This document shows positions 22,052 through 35,300 of a stretch of DNA of 64,000 nt, one piece after another. The DNA is from Callorhinchus milii. Its lineage: Eukaryota. The notes under the pieces are model-generated. The model did no database searches, was not told where the DNA came from, and was given only the letters and a program-made list of their open reading frames with translations. Each line of letters starts with the position of its first letter. Within the stretch, counting starts at the first letter, position 1. Both the position numbers and the translations under genes were made by a program. The DNA lies in the NCBI RefSeq assembly GCF_018977255.1, contig NW_024704765.1:4402001-4466000 (forward strand), written 5' to 3'.

Positions 22052-25000
22052 ATGGCGGGCCCGGCTCCCGGCACCTTCGCCCTCGGCCTGTCGGTCACGC
22101 TGCTGCCCGCGGTGACCGGGGCCCCGGCCGGGCCGCTGGGCCGCGCCCTCGTCGCCGGGTACCTGGCGGCGCTCAACGGCCTCCTGCTGCTGCTGTACCG
22201 CGGCCCGGCCTACCAGGTCAGGTCAGGTCAGGTCAGGTCAGCCCGGGGCCTGGGCCTCGGCCCGCGGGCCCCAGTGCCGGGGGGGGGGGGGGGAGCAGTG
22301 GGGGGGAGTGGGGGGGAGGAGTGGGGGGAGCAGTGAGTGGGGGGAGCAGTGGGGAGCAGTGGGGGGAGTAGTGGGGGGGGAGCAGTGGGGAGCAGTGGGG
22401 GGAGAGTGGGGTATGGGGAGCAGTGGGGGGGAGCAGTGTGGGGTATGGGAGCAGTGGGGGGGAGCAGTGGGGGTGGGGAGCAGTGGGAGCAGTGGGGGGG
22501 GAGCAGTGTGGGTATGGGGAGCAGTGGGGGGAGCAGTGGGGGGGGGAGCAGTGGGGGTGGGGAGCAGTGGGGTGGGAGCAGTGGGGGGGAGCAGTGGTGG
22601 GGGGAGCAGTGGGGTTGGGGAGCAGTGGGGGGTATGGGGAGCAGTGGGGGGTATGGGGAGCAGTGGGGGGGGGAGTGGGGGATAATAATAATCCTTATAT
22701 TTGCTTCGCGTCTTGTCGTTGAGACGTCTCAAAGCCCTTCGCAAAATACACTGTAAAGGGTAGTGACTGTGTTTTTAGAAGGGTTGGGGGGTTGGGAAGG
22801 GGGTTGCCGTGCGGGCAGGATGGGAGGGGGGGGGGGGGTTGGGGGGTCTGGGGAGGGGAGTTGGGGGGGTCTGCCTCATTTGCCGGGGGCTCTGCTGGGG
22901 TCCGTGTACACCTCGGCCGCCTCGTAATCGCCGCCTCTCTCCGCAGGTCGCGGTCCGGGCCTGTTTCCTCGGGTTCGCCTTTGGCTGCGGTTTACTGCTG
23001 AGCTTCGGAGGGGCTTCGTGGCAACACTTTGGCTGGTAATCGGCCTCCGGCGAGGGCGCCGTGCGCCGCCGTGTCAGGGATCGCGCTCCTTAGCTGCGGC
23101 CGGCTCTCTTAATGAGCTTCCGAACGCTCCCGGCGCTTCTCCCCTCGCTGTGCGACGGTCAGCGGTGCCGTCGGGAGACTGTTCGAGGAGGACGTTTGAA
23201 AAGAGAAGAGAGTTAGTTCCTCCCCGGGTTCCTGGCCAGCGATCTTCCAAATTAATTAGTTATTCCCCCGGTGGCGTGTGGGACCTTGTTTGGCTGTTAA
23301 CGCAAACCTGACAGTCGTGGTGCTGATGATGATAATAATCCTCGCATTTGATATTGCGCCTTATCGCGTCTCCGAGACGTCTCAAAGCGCTTCACAGAAT
23401 ATACTGCGAAGGGAGTCGACTGTATGTTTCGTGGGCGAAACGCAGCAGTCAATCTCGCACAGCAGCGTCCCACAGACAGTCGTGAACTAACGCTAAAAAT
23501 GCATGTTCTTGCTCTCTGCTGCTTGGCAGGTATCTGTGCTCGTTGAGTTTTTTCCACTACTCGGAGTACCTGGTGACGGCCATCATTAACCCCCAGTCCC
23601 TCTCCCTCGACTCGTTTCTGCTGAACCACAGCCTGGAGTACAAACTGGCGGCCATGTCTTCCTGGGTGGAGTTCACGATCGAAAAGCTCTTCTTCCCAGG
23701 TTAGTCTGTCAACAACAACAACAACAACAACCGCAAATTACATTTACACGGCGTCTTTCACGTAGGGAGGACGTCCCAAGGCCCTGGACAGTCAAAGATT
23801 TGCACCAGAGCTGGGGCTTGGGATCAGGAGAGGTGGAGGGCAGGGGAGGGTGGGGGCAGGAGGGTGACAGACAGCACGGTTGAAGAGGTAGGTCTTGAGA
23901 CGGGCCTCGAATGAGGCGAAGGGACTCTGGGATGGAGTTCCAAAAGGTGGGGACGGAGAGGCTGAAGGCCCGAACGCTGATGGTCGGGCGGGCAGGGCGG
24001 GGGACATGGAGCAGGCCAGAGCTCCGCCAGAGGAGAGCGGTGTGACGTGTGAAGAGTCGAGCTGGATTATGAAATCTACCAAAGCTGACCGTGTGTGTGT
24101 TTATGTGTGTGGGTGTGTGTGTTTATATGTGTGGGTTTATGTGCGTCTTTGCAGAGCTGAAGCAGCTGAGGTGGTTGAGCTGCCTGGGCCTGGCGATGGT
24201 GCTGGTGGGAGAGACGCTGAGGAAAGTGGCCATGCTGACTGCCGGCTCCAACTTCAACCACATTGTGCAGAACGAGAAGTCAGAAAGCCACCAGCTCGTC
24301 ACCTCCGGGGTCTATGCCTGGTTCCGGCACCCCTCCTACGTGGGCTGGTTTTACTGGAGCATCGGCACTCAGGTACGGACGTCTGGCGTTCAGTCACTCG
24401 CTTCCCTGCTGAAACCACGTTAAATAAAAATAAATAACAATTGTATTACAGGGGGGGCGAAACGTTGGGCAAGTTCTTTACTCCATGCACCTCTGTTTAC
24501 CTCGCAGCAAGTAGGAACCCAGTTGTTAGTCGATTGGCGGATCGCTTTTCCAGTGGTGATAATCCCTGAAAAAAATTGGTCAGTCAATCCAAGACTATTT
24601 GTGGGATGTCGCTGTGCGCAATTGGCTGTCACGATTAGCCANNNNNNNNNNNNNNNNNNNNNNNNNGCAGAGCTGAAGCAGCTGAGGTGGTTGAGCTGCC
24701 TGGGCCTGGCGATGGTGCTGGTGGGAGAGACGCTGAGGAAAGTGGCCATGCTGACTGCCGGCTCCAACTTCAACCACATTGTGCAGAACGAGAAGTCAGA
24801 AAGCCACCAGCTCGTCACCTCCGGGGTCTATGCCTGGTTCCGGCACCCCTCCTACGTGGGCTGGTTTTACTGGAGCATCGGCACTCAGGTACGGACGTCT
24901 GGCGTTCAGTCACTCGCTTCCCTGCTGAAACCACGTTAAATAAAAATAAATAACAATTGTATTACAGGGGGGGCGAAACGTTGGGCAAGTTCTTTACTCC

Positions 25001-25825
25001 ATGCACCTCTGTTTACCTCGCAGCAAGTAGGAACCCAGTTGTTAGTCGATTGGCGGATCGCTTTTCCAGTGGTGATAATCCCTGAAAAAAATTGGTCAGT
25101 CAATCCAAGACTATTTGTGGGATGTCGCTGTGCGCAATTGGCTGTCACGATTAGCCAACAAAATATACAGTCAATTCACTTTATATTATATTCTGTGAAG
25201 CGCTTTGAGATGTCTTGAAGACGTGATCAGGTGCTATATCAAATGCAAGATTATTATTATATTATTAAAATGTTACATTCAAAACCTTCAAAGCTACCTT
25301 CCCCCCTGGGCCCGCCCTATCATCGGCGGTAGGGTCTTCAGCTTCTCTGTACTTACCCTTTGGAACTCCATCCCACAGTCCCTTCGCCTCGCTCCCTCCC
25401 TCCCTCCCTCGCCTCATTCAAGGCTCGTCTCAAGACCCTCCTGTTTAACTACGCCTTTGGCCAATCTCCTATCTGTACCCTCCCCCGCCCTCCGCCCCTC
25501 CTAATCCAAACCCCAGCTCAGGTCCAAATCCCTGACTGTCCAGCACCTTGGGACGACATCCCAACGTGAAAGGCATTATACAAATGCAATTTGTTGTTGT
25601 TCTAGTCTTGCTAACACGTCTTCCTGTTTTCCTTTGCTTCAGGTGATCCTGTGTAACCCCATCTGCATCGTGGGCTACACGCTAGCCTCTTGGCGCTTTT
25701 TCCGAGAGCGTATTGAAGAGGAGGAGGTCACTCTGATCCATTTCTTTGGCGAAGATTACCTGCTGTACAAGAAGCAGGTTTCGACCGGGCTGCCCTTCAT
25801 CCAAGGAGTCAAAGTAGAGCCGTAG
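22052..25825 (+). CDS. ICMT: Isoprenylcysteine carboxyl methyltransferase (274 aa)
   Basis: Exons 22052-22216, 22947-23035, 23530-23699, 24155-24372 and 25643-25825. Motifs RACFLGF, FHYSEYL, AGSNFNH.VQNEK, RHPSYVGWFYWSIGTQ and WRFFRERIEEEE. AATAAA at 26889-26894. Confidence 0.96.
22280..22681 (+). repeat. G-rich (GGGGAGCAGT)n tandem repeat in ICMT intron 1
   Basis: Dozens of GAGCAGT units separated by G-runs. Confidence 0.9.
24667..25157 (+). other. Duplicate of ICMT exon 4 plus flank next to the 25-N gap (likely assembly artefact)
   Basis: 24667-25157 repeats 24151-24641, apparently exactly, and the two are separated only by Ns at 24642-24666. Confidence 0.85.
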
Positions 25826-28119
25826 AGGGAACGAGAGGGAGCACTGTTGGAGCACCCAGTGCATTCATAGGCTACAGAGTATTTCTTAGCACTAAGTACT
25901 TAGGACTTGAGCTTTGACAAGCCGCCCTCTCTGCTGTAACTATCGGCCTCTGGGAGAGACTTCCGTCTGGCCGAGCCGAGAGGAACGTATCCAGATTCAC
26001 TCGCCCATGGAGAGTGGGACATGAAAACACAGTGCCCGTCCACTCGACCATTCCAAGGCACTGCTTCAAACTAAAGCCATTTCTGATTGACTTGATACTT
26101 CCTGCTGATCTCAGCCCCCCCCCCCCTCATCGCCCCCCAACCCCGGGCTGTTCTCTGCGGTCTCAGTCCGACCCTAACTCATCATGATGGGTAAACCCCC
26201 ACAACCGTTGTGAATCAGGATTAATCATGGTCCCGTCGTATGCGCTTAAATACACGTGTTTTTTTTCCCCAGTAAGTTATTGACATTTATTTTCGTACAG
26301 TTAAACGTTAAAGGGAAATATACTATCAAGTACGATGTTGAACATCTGCATTGATTTGGCAAGAGACATAGAGCTGTGTGGGTAAGGTTTCCTTTAAATT
26401 TGTCGATCCCTGAACCCCTCTCTCAAAAATCTACCCCCCCATAGCCTAACTTCTCCCCTCCTATAACCCCCCCAGCCACTCTCCCACCCCTCACCCGTTG
26501 TCTAACCACTGTTAAAATGTTAGAACCTTTTATTTTTTCAAATTCAGAGCAAAATCTTCGGTTAAGATGCAACTCTTTGTTTCAGAGTTGTGTGATTTTG
26601 CGATGTTTCATGTTTCTCTTTCCACACCCTCTTCCCCACCCCCCCACCCACCCCAAACAACTTGTAACAAAAGGGGCATCTCTGGGTTCATGAGGACCTG
26701 GGTTTAACATGCCCTCCTGTCTCCCCGCCAACTGGCTGGAGTCACTGTCCAGGGATTACTGCACAGAAACATGACTGTTCGGAGTCTGCCTGTGGCTGTC
26801 TAGTCGTTGGCTCAGGGCATAGTGGCTGATCAGTATAGGCCGTCGCGATGAATGAAAAGTGTCTCAATGTGACCTTGTTGCTTTCTCAAATAAACCAGCT
26901 TGAGTTTCTTCTCATGTTTAGAGAATGTGACGTGTTATTTTGAGGTTAAACACTCCACTGGACTGGGATAAACTTTCTACATTCACAGCTCTCGCTCCAT
27001 TTACCCTCTGCTCAGCCAATCCAGCCAGTCAACCCTATTTTCATTCAGCATTTTCCTCTCTTTGTGTTGGAGCTGGAAGTTTGACCGTTAGTTGCCGCTG
27101 TCTAATCAGGGAACGAGGGCCATGAGATGCCGTGAAGTTGAGCAAAGATGCTGAGGGTTAATAAGCACACTGAGGGGATCATTAGATGCTGGGGATTAAT
27201 GCCGCTATCCGCGCTGGGCTCGAAAGAACCTGAAACATTCGCCTTCAGAATGCCTCTGAACATTTCTGAATTACTTAAATTCAAACTGACTTTGGAACCC
27301 GATTTAACCCAGTGTGTGTCGGCGCTACTTTGCACGAAAGGCGCTACGGAAATGCAAGTATTTGTTTTCAGGAACCGCCTTCTGAGAGGTGTCAGGCCTC
27401 TGGCTTCAGCACATCAGTGTGAGGGTCAGTACCTGTCACGGGCTTTTTATTTTAACATGTAACCGTTTGTGTTTCTCTCTATGCGGTGAGCCGCGTTGCA
27501 GTGAGGAAAGTACAGAGACTAAGCTCGCCTCAGTCACGCAGACTGGCCTGGGGTGACCGACAGTATGGCTTATCCAGCCAAGGACCACCCTACCAGTTAG
27601 GGCTTTGACTTGCTGAGTTAACAGGAGCTGAGTGGGAGGATTCCCTGCCCCCAGTGACTGGTCTGCCCTTCCAGGTCCTGCCAATGAGCCAGGCTGGGCT
27701 GTACTGTCATCAGTCGTGCCCTGGAATACTGCAGACCTTTCCATTTCTCTCTTAAACATCCCTGTTCAAGGTCTGTCTCAAGACCTAATTCTTTGACCGC
27801 GATTTTGGTTGTGTTTCCTCTCCCTCACCCCCCTCAGCTCCCACCTCCAGCTCGTGTCCCAAGCCAGGACTGTTAAGCACCTTGGGATGTCCATCCCAGG
27901 TCTGATTTCAAGAATGTGTCTTCTTGCATTGGACTGCAATCCTGGAGGAAAGAGACAACCACTCTTGATTGTCAATGCTCATCTTTATTTTATTTTAAAC
28001 ACACTGTGCGACAGCCAGACACATGAGATGTCACCTGGCTCAGCTAGTTGCTCTCTCATCTCTGGATTAGAAGGTTGTCAGTTCAAGCCCCACATCAGGA
28101 CTGAGCTCACAGTCTAGGC

Positions 28120-28893
28120 TCCCGTCAACGCCTCCATACCCTCTGACGCTGACAGCATCACCCTTCATGGTTGCACTTTACACCTCACGGAGCCCATACG
28201 GAACCTTGGTGTCCTGTTCAACCCTCAACTGTCCTTCATCCCCCATATCCGTACCATAACCCACTCCGCCTTTCCCCATCTCTGCAACATTGGCCGGCTT
28301 CGCCACTGTCTCTCACCACAGGCCAACGAGACCCTCATCCAAGCATTCATCACATCCAGGCTCAACTGCCCAAACTCCCTGCTTGTCGGCCTCCCCAATT
28401 CCTCCCTCCACAGGCTGCAGATCATCCAGAACTCGGCAGCCGGTGTCCTCTCCCGCACCAGACTCCACGACCCTATCACCCCCATCCTCGTCTGGCTCCA
28501 TCACTCAGAGGATACTGTTCAAGATCCTGTTCCTCACCTTCAAAGCCCTCCACGGCCTCGATCCTCACTACCTCTGTGACCTCCTAATCCTCTACTAATC
28601 AGCGAGCTCTGGCCTGCTTAACATTCCCAACCTTACCCGCCCCACCATTGGTGGGCGGGCCTTCAGCCTCTCTGCCGCCACCCTCTGGAACTCCATCCCA
28701 CAGTCCCTCCACCCAGCCCCTTCCCCTTCAAGACCTGTCTCAAGAACCTTCTCCGGCTGTGCCTTCGATCACCCTCTTACCCCTACCCTCCCACCCTCCA
28801 CCCCTCCTGGTCCGAACCACCATCTTGGGAGCGGATCCGACTGTCCAGCGCCTTAGGCCGTCCTCCTGACATGAAAGGCGCTATACAAATGCA
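28120..28893 (+). mobile_element. L2-like LINE 3' fragment nested inside a DeuSINE-like element
   Basis: Encodes relics LIQAFITSRL, ILFKILFLTFKALHGL and GGRAFSLSAATLWNSIP. SINE head at 28035-28119, SINE core resumes at ~28895. Confidence 0.75.
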
Positions 28894-29366
28894 CAGTGCT
28901 TTAGCAAGCCCTGCATTGTCACAGGTGCCGTCCTTCAGATGAAACATTAATCAGAGGTCCAGTTCAGCGTTAAAGATCCTGGTGCTTGGACCAGAGAAGG
29001 AACTTTCTCCCAGTTATGGCCCTGGATCCTCCAGGTAAATTATAATAAATAATGTAAATAAGCCATTCACTTTATGGCTGTGTGCATGGAACATTAGTGT
29101 GTGTAACTAGTGGCCACATTTGCCTACAAATCCACAGTCACTACACTTTACAACAATTCCCTGTGAAATGCTTTGAGTCGTTGTGACGCTATAGACGCTG
29201 TGTTAAATGTGAGGATTATTTTCTAACCTACATTTCAAACCTGAACTTCACAATCGTGGATATGCTGTTGATGCTGTGTGGTATTTACAGTGAGAGGCGA
29301 GGAGACATGCAGTGAAGGGTGGGGTAGCAGTCAGTGGGGGTGGGGGTAGTTCATTTTGCTCCCGCA

Positions 29367-32300
29367 TTACAATGAGATCTCCTTCCTCCCCGGACTCTCG
29401 CTTTTCGGCTTTGCAGGACGGTAGAATTCCTTGCTTTTGCCCAGCGACTCCTCGGAGAGAATGTTAAGGGTCCGGTTGTCGATTATCTTCTCCTGGTTAT
29501 CCACTGGCTTCTTGTATTCCTCATTCAGGCAGGTTAGGTCATTCCTGGGAGCAAATAGGAATGTTGTGGACAGAGAGTGGGTGGTAGACGGTGTCCAAAA
29601 TGTGTGGCTTTGTTCCTTTGATCTTTTCTCGTTTTCCTCCCAAACTGCAAATTTCCCCTCCCTCCCTACTTCCCTCCCTCTTACCTGTGCTGCCCTTCCC
29701 CGGGGTCATCGTAGATCTTCAACATGTTGTCCGTCCGCTCATCCTTCACTTCCTCGGGCTCTTTCAGTCTAGGGAAGACACAGAGCGACGAACTTCAGTA
29801 AGTGACACTCACAACCCACGTCTTTTTACCCCGTCTGTGCATTTCCCCCTCCGGCACACTTAAAAATACGCTTGAGGTCCCAGGTTTGTTCGATCCCTGA
29901 TCTGCATTGAGTTCGTGAGGCCAGCACTCAAGATTACACTCAGTTATGGTTTATGTGTGTTTGTGTGTGTTCGTTTATGGGTGTGTGTAAGCACTCTGGG
30001 AACCAACCACGCATGAAGGGCACTATATAAATGCAAGTTGTTGTTGTATGTGGCTGATTGCCCTGCTAACACAAGTACTGACATATGAAAGCTCGGGTAA
30101 GCTATGGGAGGGTTTCTGTAGCGCTCTGCCTAGCGAGTTAGCAGCTTCAGGAGAGGATGAGGAGAGGAGGGAGTGGGGTGTGCAGGAGGGACTGACCTGG
30201 GCTCCAGCCTTTCTTTGACCTTGGCGATGGAGCGGATGTATGGCCCGATCTGGCGAGTGATGGTCGTCAGGTACATGTTCTCCTGCTTCAGCCGCAGCAG
30301 GTCGTGCAGTTGAGCTGGAGCAGAAAACAAGACAGAAAAGCGGATCAGGATCTGAACTTATGTAAAAGTGGTTAACGTCAGCGCACGGCAGCTCAAAGTG
30401 TTCTCCCCAGCCGGTCTGAGGCCACACCAGCAAACAGCAGCTTCCCCGTGCCTGGGACGCTACCCCGGTGAAGGGCGCTATATAAATGCAAGTTATTGTT
30501 GTTGTCTGGAGTGAGCTAGCCCCGGCCACAGTGCAGCTAAACAGCTAAATGTCTGTGTAACTTGTTATTATATCCGTGTAAGTAGAGCTGCTACCTTCAT
30601 AAATCTCCTGTTCGTTTGCCACTCTCTGGTATGTCTCCTCCCAAACCTGGGATTGCAAAAGAAACAACAGCATTAATGTCACTCTCTCTCCACCATCTCC
30701 TCCACACCTCAGGCTGTGACCCATCCTGTGTGTGTTGCGTGTGTGCGCGTGTGTGTGTCTGGGTGCGAGCGCAAAGGGTGATGATGGGCCACAGCCCTTT
30801 CTGTTCGAAGACGGCTTCCTGCTTTGTGACTGCGTTCTTGCACAAGAACTTTGGTCAATTATTTTAAAAGGGAATTGGATAGATATTAAAGTGAGTGTGT
30901 GTATGTGTCTGGGGGAGTGGGGCAGGGGGTGTGTGGTCAACCGAGTGTCTCCAAACCAAGCTGAGATGTCCATGCATCCCACCCACACGAGGAAATTCCA
31001 GAGATGGATTGTTTGAATGGAATGCGCACTCTCTCCCTGGAGTACGCGTGTATGGTGGGGGGAGAGAACAGACATGTGAGACTGGATTGAGGGGCTCATA
31101 TGGGGAATAGCCTGTTTCTGTCTGTAACGATAGGAGAGACAAGAGTAGGCCTGAGCCTCACCTCTTCGAACACAGCCTTAAGCAACTGGACAGAGGAGTA
31201 GTGTGAGGAGATCTGCACGTCCATCTCCAGTGACTTCTGCAGGATCTGCCCCATGGCATCTATCTTGATAAGCGAGTGGTGCTTGGTCAGGTCTCGGTGC
31301 ATCTCCTGCACCTGGTCCTTCAGGTTCTGCAGCTGTGTCTGCAGGGTCTGACAGAGAGAGAGAGAGAGAGAGAGAGATTCAGGCGTGGGGCGAATAGTCG
31401 TTCAGGTGGGTTGTGCTGAGCTGGGATGGGGCTACGCTGGGGTCGGGGTGGTGCCGGGAGTGGGGTTGCATTGGACTGGGGCTATGCTGGGGTGGGCCTG
31501 TGCTGGGGTAGGGGCGGGATCTGACACCCGGCCCTCTCTTTGCCTGGGGGGGGGGGGGGGAACCAGTGTGGGGGGGTTGGGGTAAACCAGTGTGGGGGGG
31601 GAGGTTGCTGCTCGTAGCGCTCACTTACTCTGAACGTGTTCTCGTAGTTGCGGCAATGCTCAGTGAATGGACTCTCCAGGCCCTCTGTCAGCAGGACTTT
31701 GGTGCTGATGTAACGGTGGGAGGTCGGCTTTCGGGCCATTGAGTTGGTGACCGAGGCGTCACCCATGGAGCCGGGACAGCAGCCGCTCAGCGGGTTCCTG
31801 TCGGCAACAACCAGGTTCCTGTGTCAGACACGAGGGGAGGAGTAACCGTGTCACACTCAACACAACCACACACAGCGGCCAAATAACTCCACAGTGGGTA
31901 AAGCTCCCCACCCCCCAACCACACCGTGGAGCTCGTGACAGGCCGGAATGGGATCCCGGGATTCGGGATTAAATAAAGAACAACCTAGCCAGGAAGCGAA
32001 GGACGGACCTAAATTACAATCCTAGAATTTTACAGCGCAGAAGGAGGCCATTCGACCCATTGTGCCTGTGCCAGCTCTTTGAAAGAGCTACCAACTCGTC
32101 CCACTCCCTCACTCTCACCCCATTCATTTCGATATAAAAATAACCAATAAATTGGAAGCTCCCACTCTGGGGTCTGCAGTTCTAAACCCAAGGTCCAGTC
32201 ACTGATCAGGTTGTTATTCCCAACAGGACGTGGGTTAAGACTCCCCCTGTCCCTACCCACTTCCCTCCCCAATAATCTCACAGCGAGGGGGGGTGGGGTG

Positions 32301-35300
32301 GGGGGGAGGGAGACAAACTGCTAAAGGTGACCAGTAAAGTTTTTCTGTAACAATGAGAAGGTGATGTATCACAACAGTAAATGGCAACAGACTATAACAT
32401 CAGCACCGAGCTCCGCCAGCACACAACAACAACAACAACCCACAGCTCACCTCTGGCCTCCGAACGAAGCCTATGGGCCTTTGTCCCGTGTTCGGGCCCC
32501 GTCGGGCAGCACTAGTCCCTGCACCCGTGGTCAGATCCCCCCAGCCTGCCTCATGCCCTGGCCTCTCTGCTCAGAACGCAGCTCCCTCAAACTCTCTCGG
32601 TGCAGTTAGGGGCCACAGTGACGTCAGTAGGCACTAAATATACCCAATCCCAGTGAATCTTGTGCTGGAGAGTTCCGTGAAATGCTGATAAAAATAGCGA
32701 TGGCAGAGGCAGGCTGCTCGCGGGGCCTAGCCTGCACCAAGCTCCTGTGCCAATCACTCATCACCACACGCGGAGCGATTAACATGAGCAGTGCCATGCG
32801 TCAAGTCAGTGATGGGCTGGGTGTCGGGGGGTGGGGGGGGGGGGGGAGAGGATTTGGAGGCGAGTAACTGGTTAATTAACACACACGCCAAGGGCAAGCC
32901 CGGCCTAGATTAAGCGCCCTGAGACATTACCCTGCGTGAGGGACGCTATATAAATGCAAGCTGCTGTTGTTCAGTCTCTGAGTCAAGGGTTTTGGCCCCG
33001 GGGGCAGTGGGGTGGTGGGGGGGGGGGGGTGGTAGGAGTGCTACATTCTCACATGTGCCGGCCTTCAAATGGATGTAAAAACCCGAGGTCCCGTCTATGC
33101 CTGTCCCAGTGAAGAATGTTAGAAAAGCGAAGGGAGTTTCTCCCGGTGTCCTGGCCACAAACTGTGCACGTGTCTACGTACACAGTCACTACACCTGACA
33201 GCAGTTCTCCCTGTGAAGCGCTGTGTGGCACTGAGGTGCTAAAGGAGCTGTAAAGGAATGCGAGGATGATGAGCTCAGGGCCTCGCGACGTTCCGAATGT
33301 TGGGGTGAAGTTTGCGGCATTTTATGACGTGTTCCCATCCCAGTCTCAGTCTAGCTCCCATTGGTAATCTCATTTTATTCCCAACCTCATTCCTGATCTC
33401 AATTCCTGCTCCTGATGAACGTCCTGTTGCCGAGGTCGCTTACATGTTGTTGCCGGAATGAGCGGCCGGCATTCCGGTGGCTCCGGGCACAATCCCGGTA
33501 CTCCTCTGGCTCAGGAAGAGCAAAGCCTCCAGGCAGCGGGCGAACTCCGCCCGGTATTCCGTGTTTATCTGGAAGAGTCGCAACAACAGGAGAGCTTTCA
33601 CCGTCTCTCTGCTGAGAAAATTGCTGGTCACTCGACCCACGACTGTTTGCGGGACGCTGCTGCGCGCAATTGGCTGTCGCGTTTCGTCCACAAAACACAC
33701 AGTCACTACACGTTACAGTATATTCTGTGAAGCGCTTTGAGACGTCTCGAAGATATGATAAGGCGAGGCTTATTATTATTATATTATTATTATCTGTCCT
33801 GAGGGTGGGTATGGCTGAGAGTGGGTAATGGCTGAGAGTGGGTATGGCTGAGAGTGGGCATGGCTGAGAGTGGGCATGGCTGAGAGTGGGCATGGCTGAG
33901 AGTGGGCATGGCTGAGAGTGGGCAGGGCTGTGTGGCGCCGGTGTAAAAGCCAATGCTCTTTGCCGCCGGTGAATCTGGAGGCCAGTCGCTGTGAGCTCAC
34001 CTTGCTGCTCTGTGCCGGTCGCAGACGGTGAGGCAGTTGGACAATCTTCTGCAGCCTCTCCATCAGTTGCTGTGAAAGAGACCCACAAAGAGGCTGAGAC
34101 CTGCTCGCTTGCAGACACCACCCCCACTACACAAGCTACAAGCTCCCCTCACGTCTCCCCTCACAGCCACTCCTCTCCTGCCTCGGTGGCTCGCGCTCTC
34201 GTTTCTGGATCAGAAGGTTGAGAGTTGAAGCCCACTGTCTAGGGCTAACACTGCCCCTGGGAGGAGGGCTGCATTGTCGGAGATGCTGTCCTTTGGTAGA
34301 GACATTAACCCGAGGTCCCGCCTGATAGTGCACGCCTGCTCACACGGGCTCTTACTCACGTAACCGAGATCCAGGAACTCGTACTTGCTGGCAGAGCTGA
34401 GGAAAGCAGAACAGGTGACAAGGTGGACCTGAGCAAGGTGAACAACGCATCCATTTAGCTAAGTTACTCAAGATAGTAACACAGAGGTACACACAGAGGT
34501 ACATGCATACATCGGCACTCACACACACACACAGAGGCACTGACACACACACACACGCGCACACACACAGAGGCACGATATGCACACAGAGAGGTACTGA
34601 CAAACACACACGCACGCACGCACACACACACGCACACTGACGCACACAAACCCACACACACACACACACTGACACAGATGTAAGCTGTGTGCTGAGGGCC
34701 TTGCTGTAGTCTGGGCTGTGCTCACCTGCAGTGTGGGCAGCAGGGAGGCCATGTGCGTCAGCTGGTCCTTAAACGCTTTCTCTTTCTCCTCGTGTTGACT
34801 GTTTGGGGGGAAATGGGCAGATTTAACGTGAAACCTTCCCGGGAATCTCAGCTCCTCACAGACCGTCAGCAGCTCAGGGCGGGGCGGGCGGGTGGGGTGG
34901 TGGTGGGGGGTAGGTGGTGGGAAAATCTTACCTCTGGGCCGTTCTGAGCAGAATCTTTCTCCTGTCAGCCAGTCGCTCCTGAGACATAAAACGTAGAAAC
35001 CAGTTATATCCATCGCCGCCAGCGCTTGCCTTTCACACTCGCTCGATTCACGGTGCGATCGCCCGCGTGTTATTATAATAATAATAATCCTGGCATTCGA
35101 TGTGGCGCCTTATCACGTCGGCGAGACCTGTACCTGCATGCTGCAGAAGAGTGTGGAGATGGCAGCCTCCTCCTCTGTCACGTTGACCCTGACCTCGGCG
35201 ATCATGGCTTTCAGCAGGATGATAGCCTCCCGCGTGGATGTCTGCAGCTCCTTCACAGCCTGGAGCGCGGGCGGCAAGAGATCACAGTCTCCCCACACCA

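Noticed and set aside
20986-22052. Many overlapping Pro/Gly/Cys/Gln-rich ORFs
   Set aside because: Translations of the minisatellite; open in several frames, with no domain.
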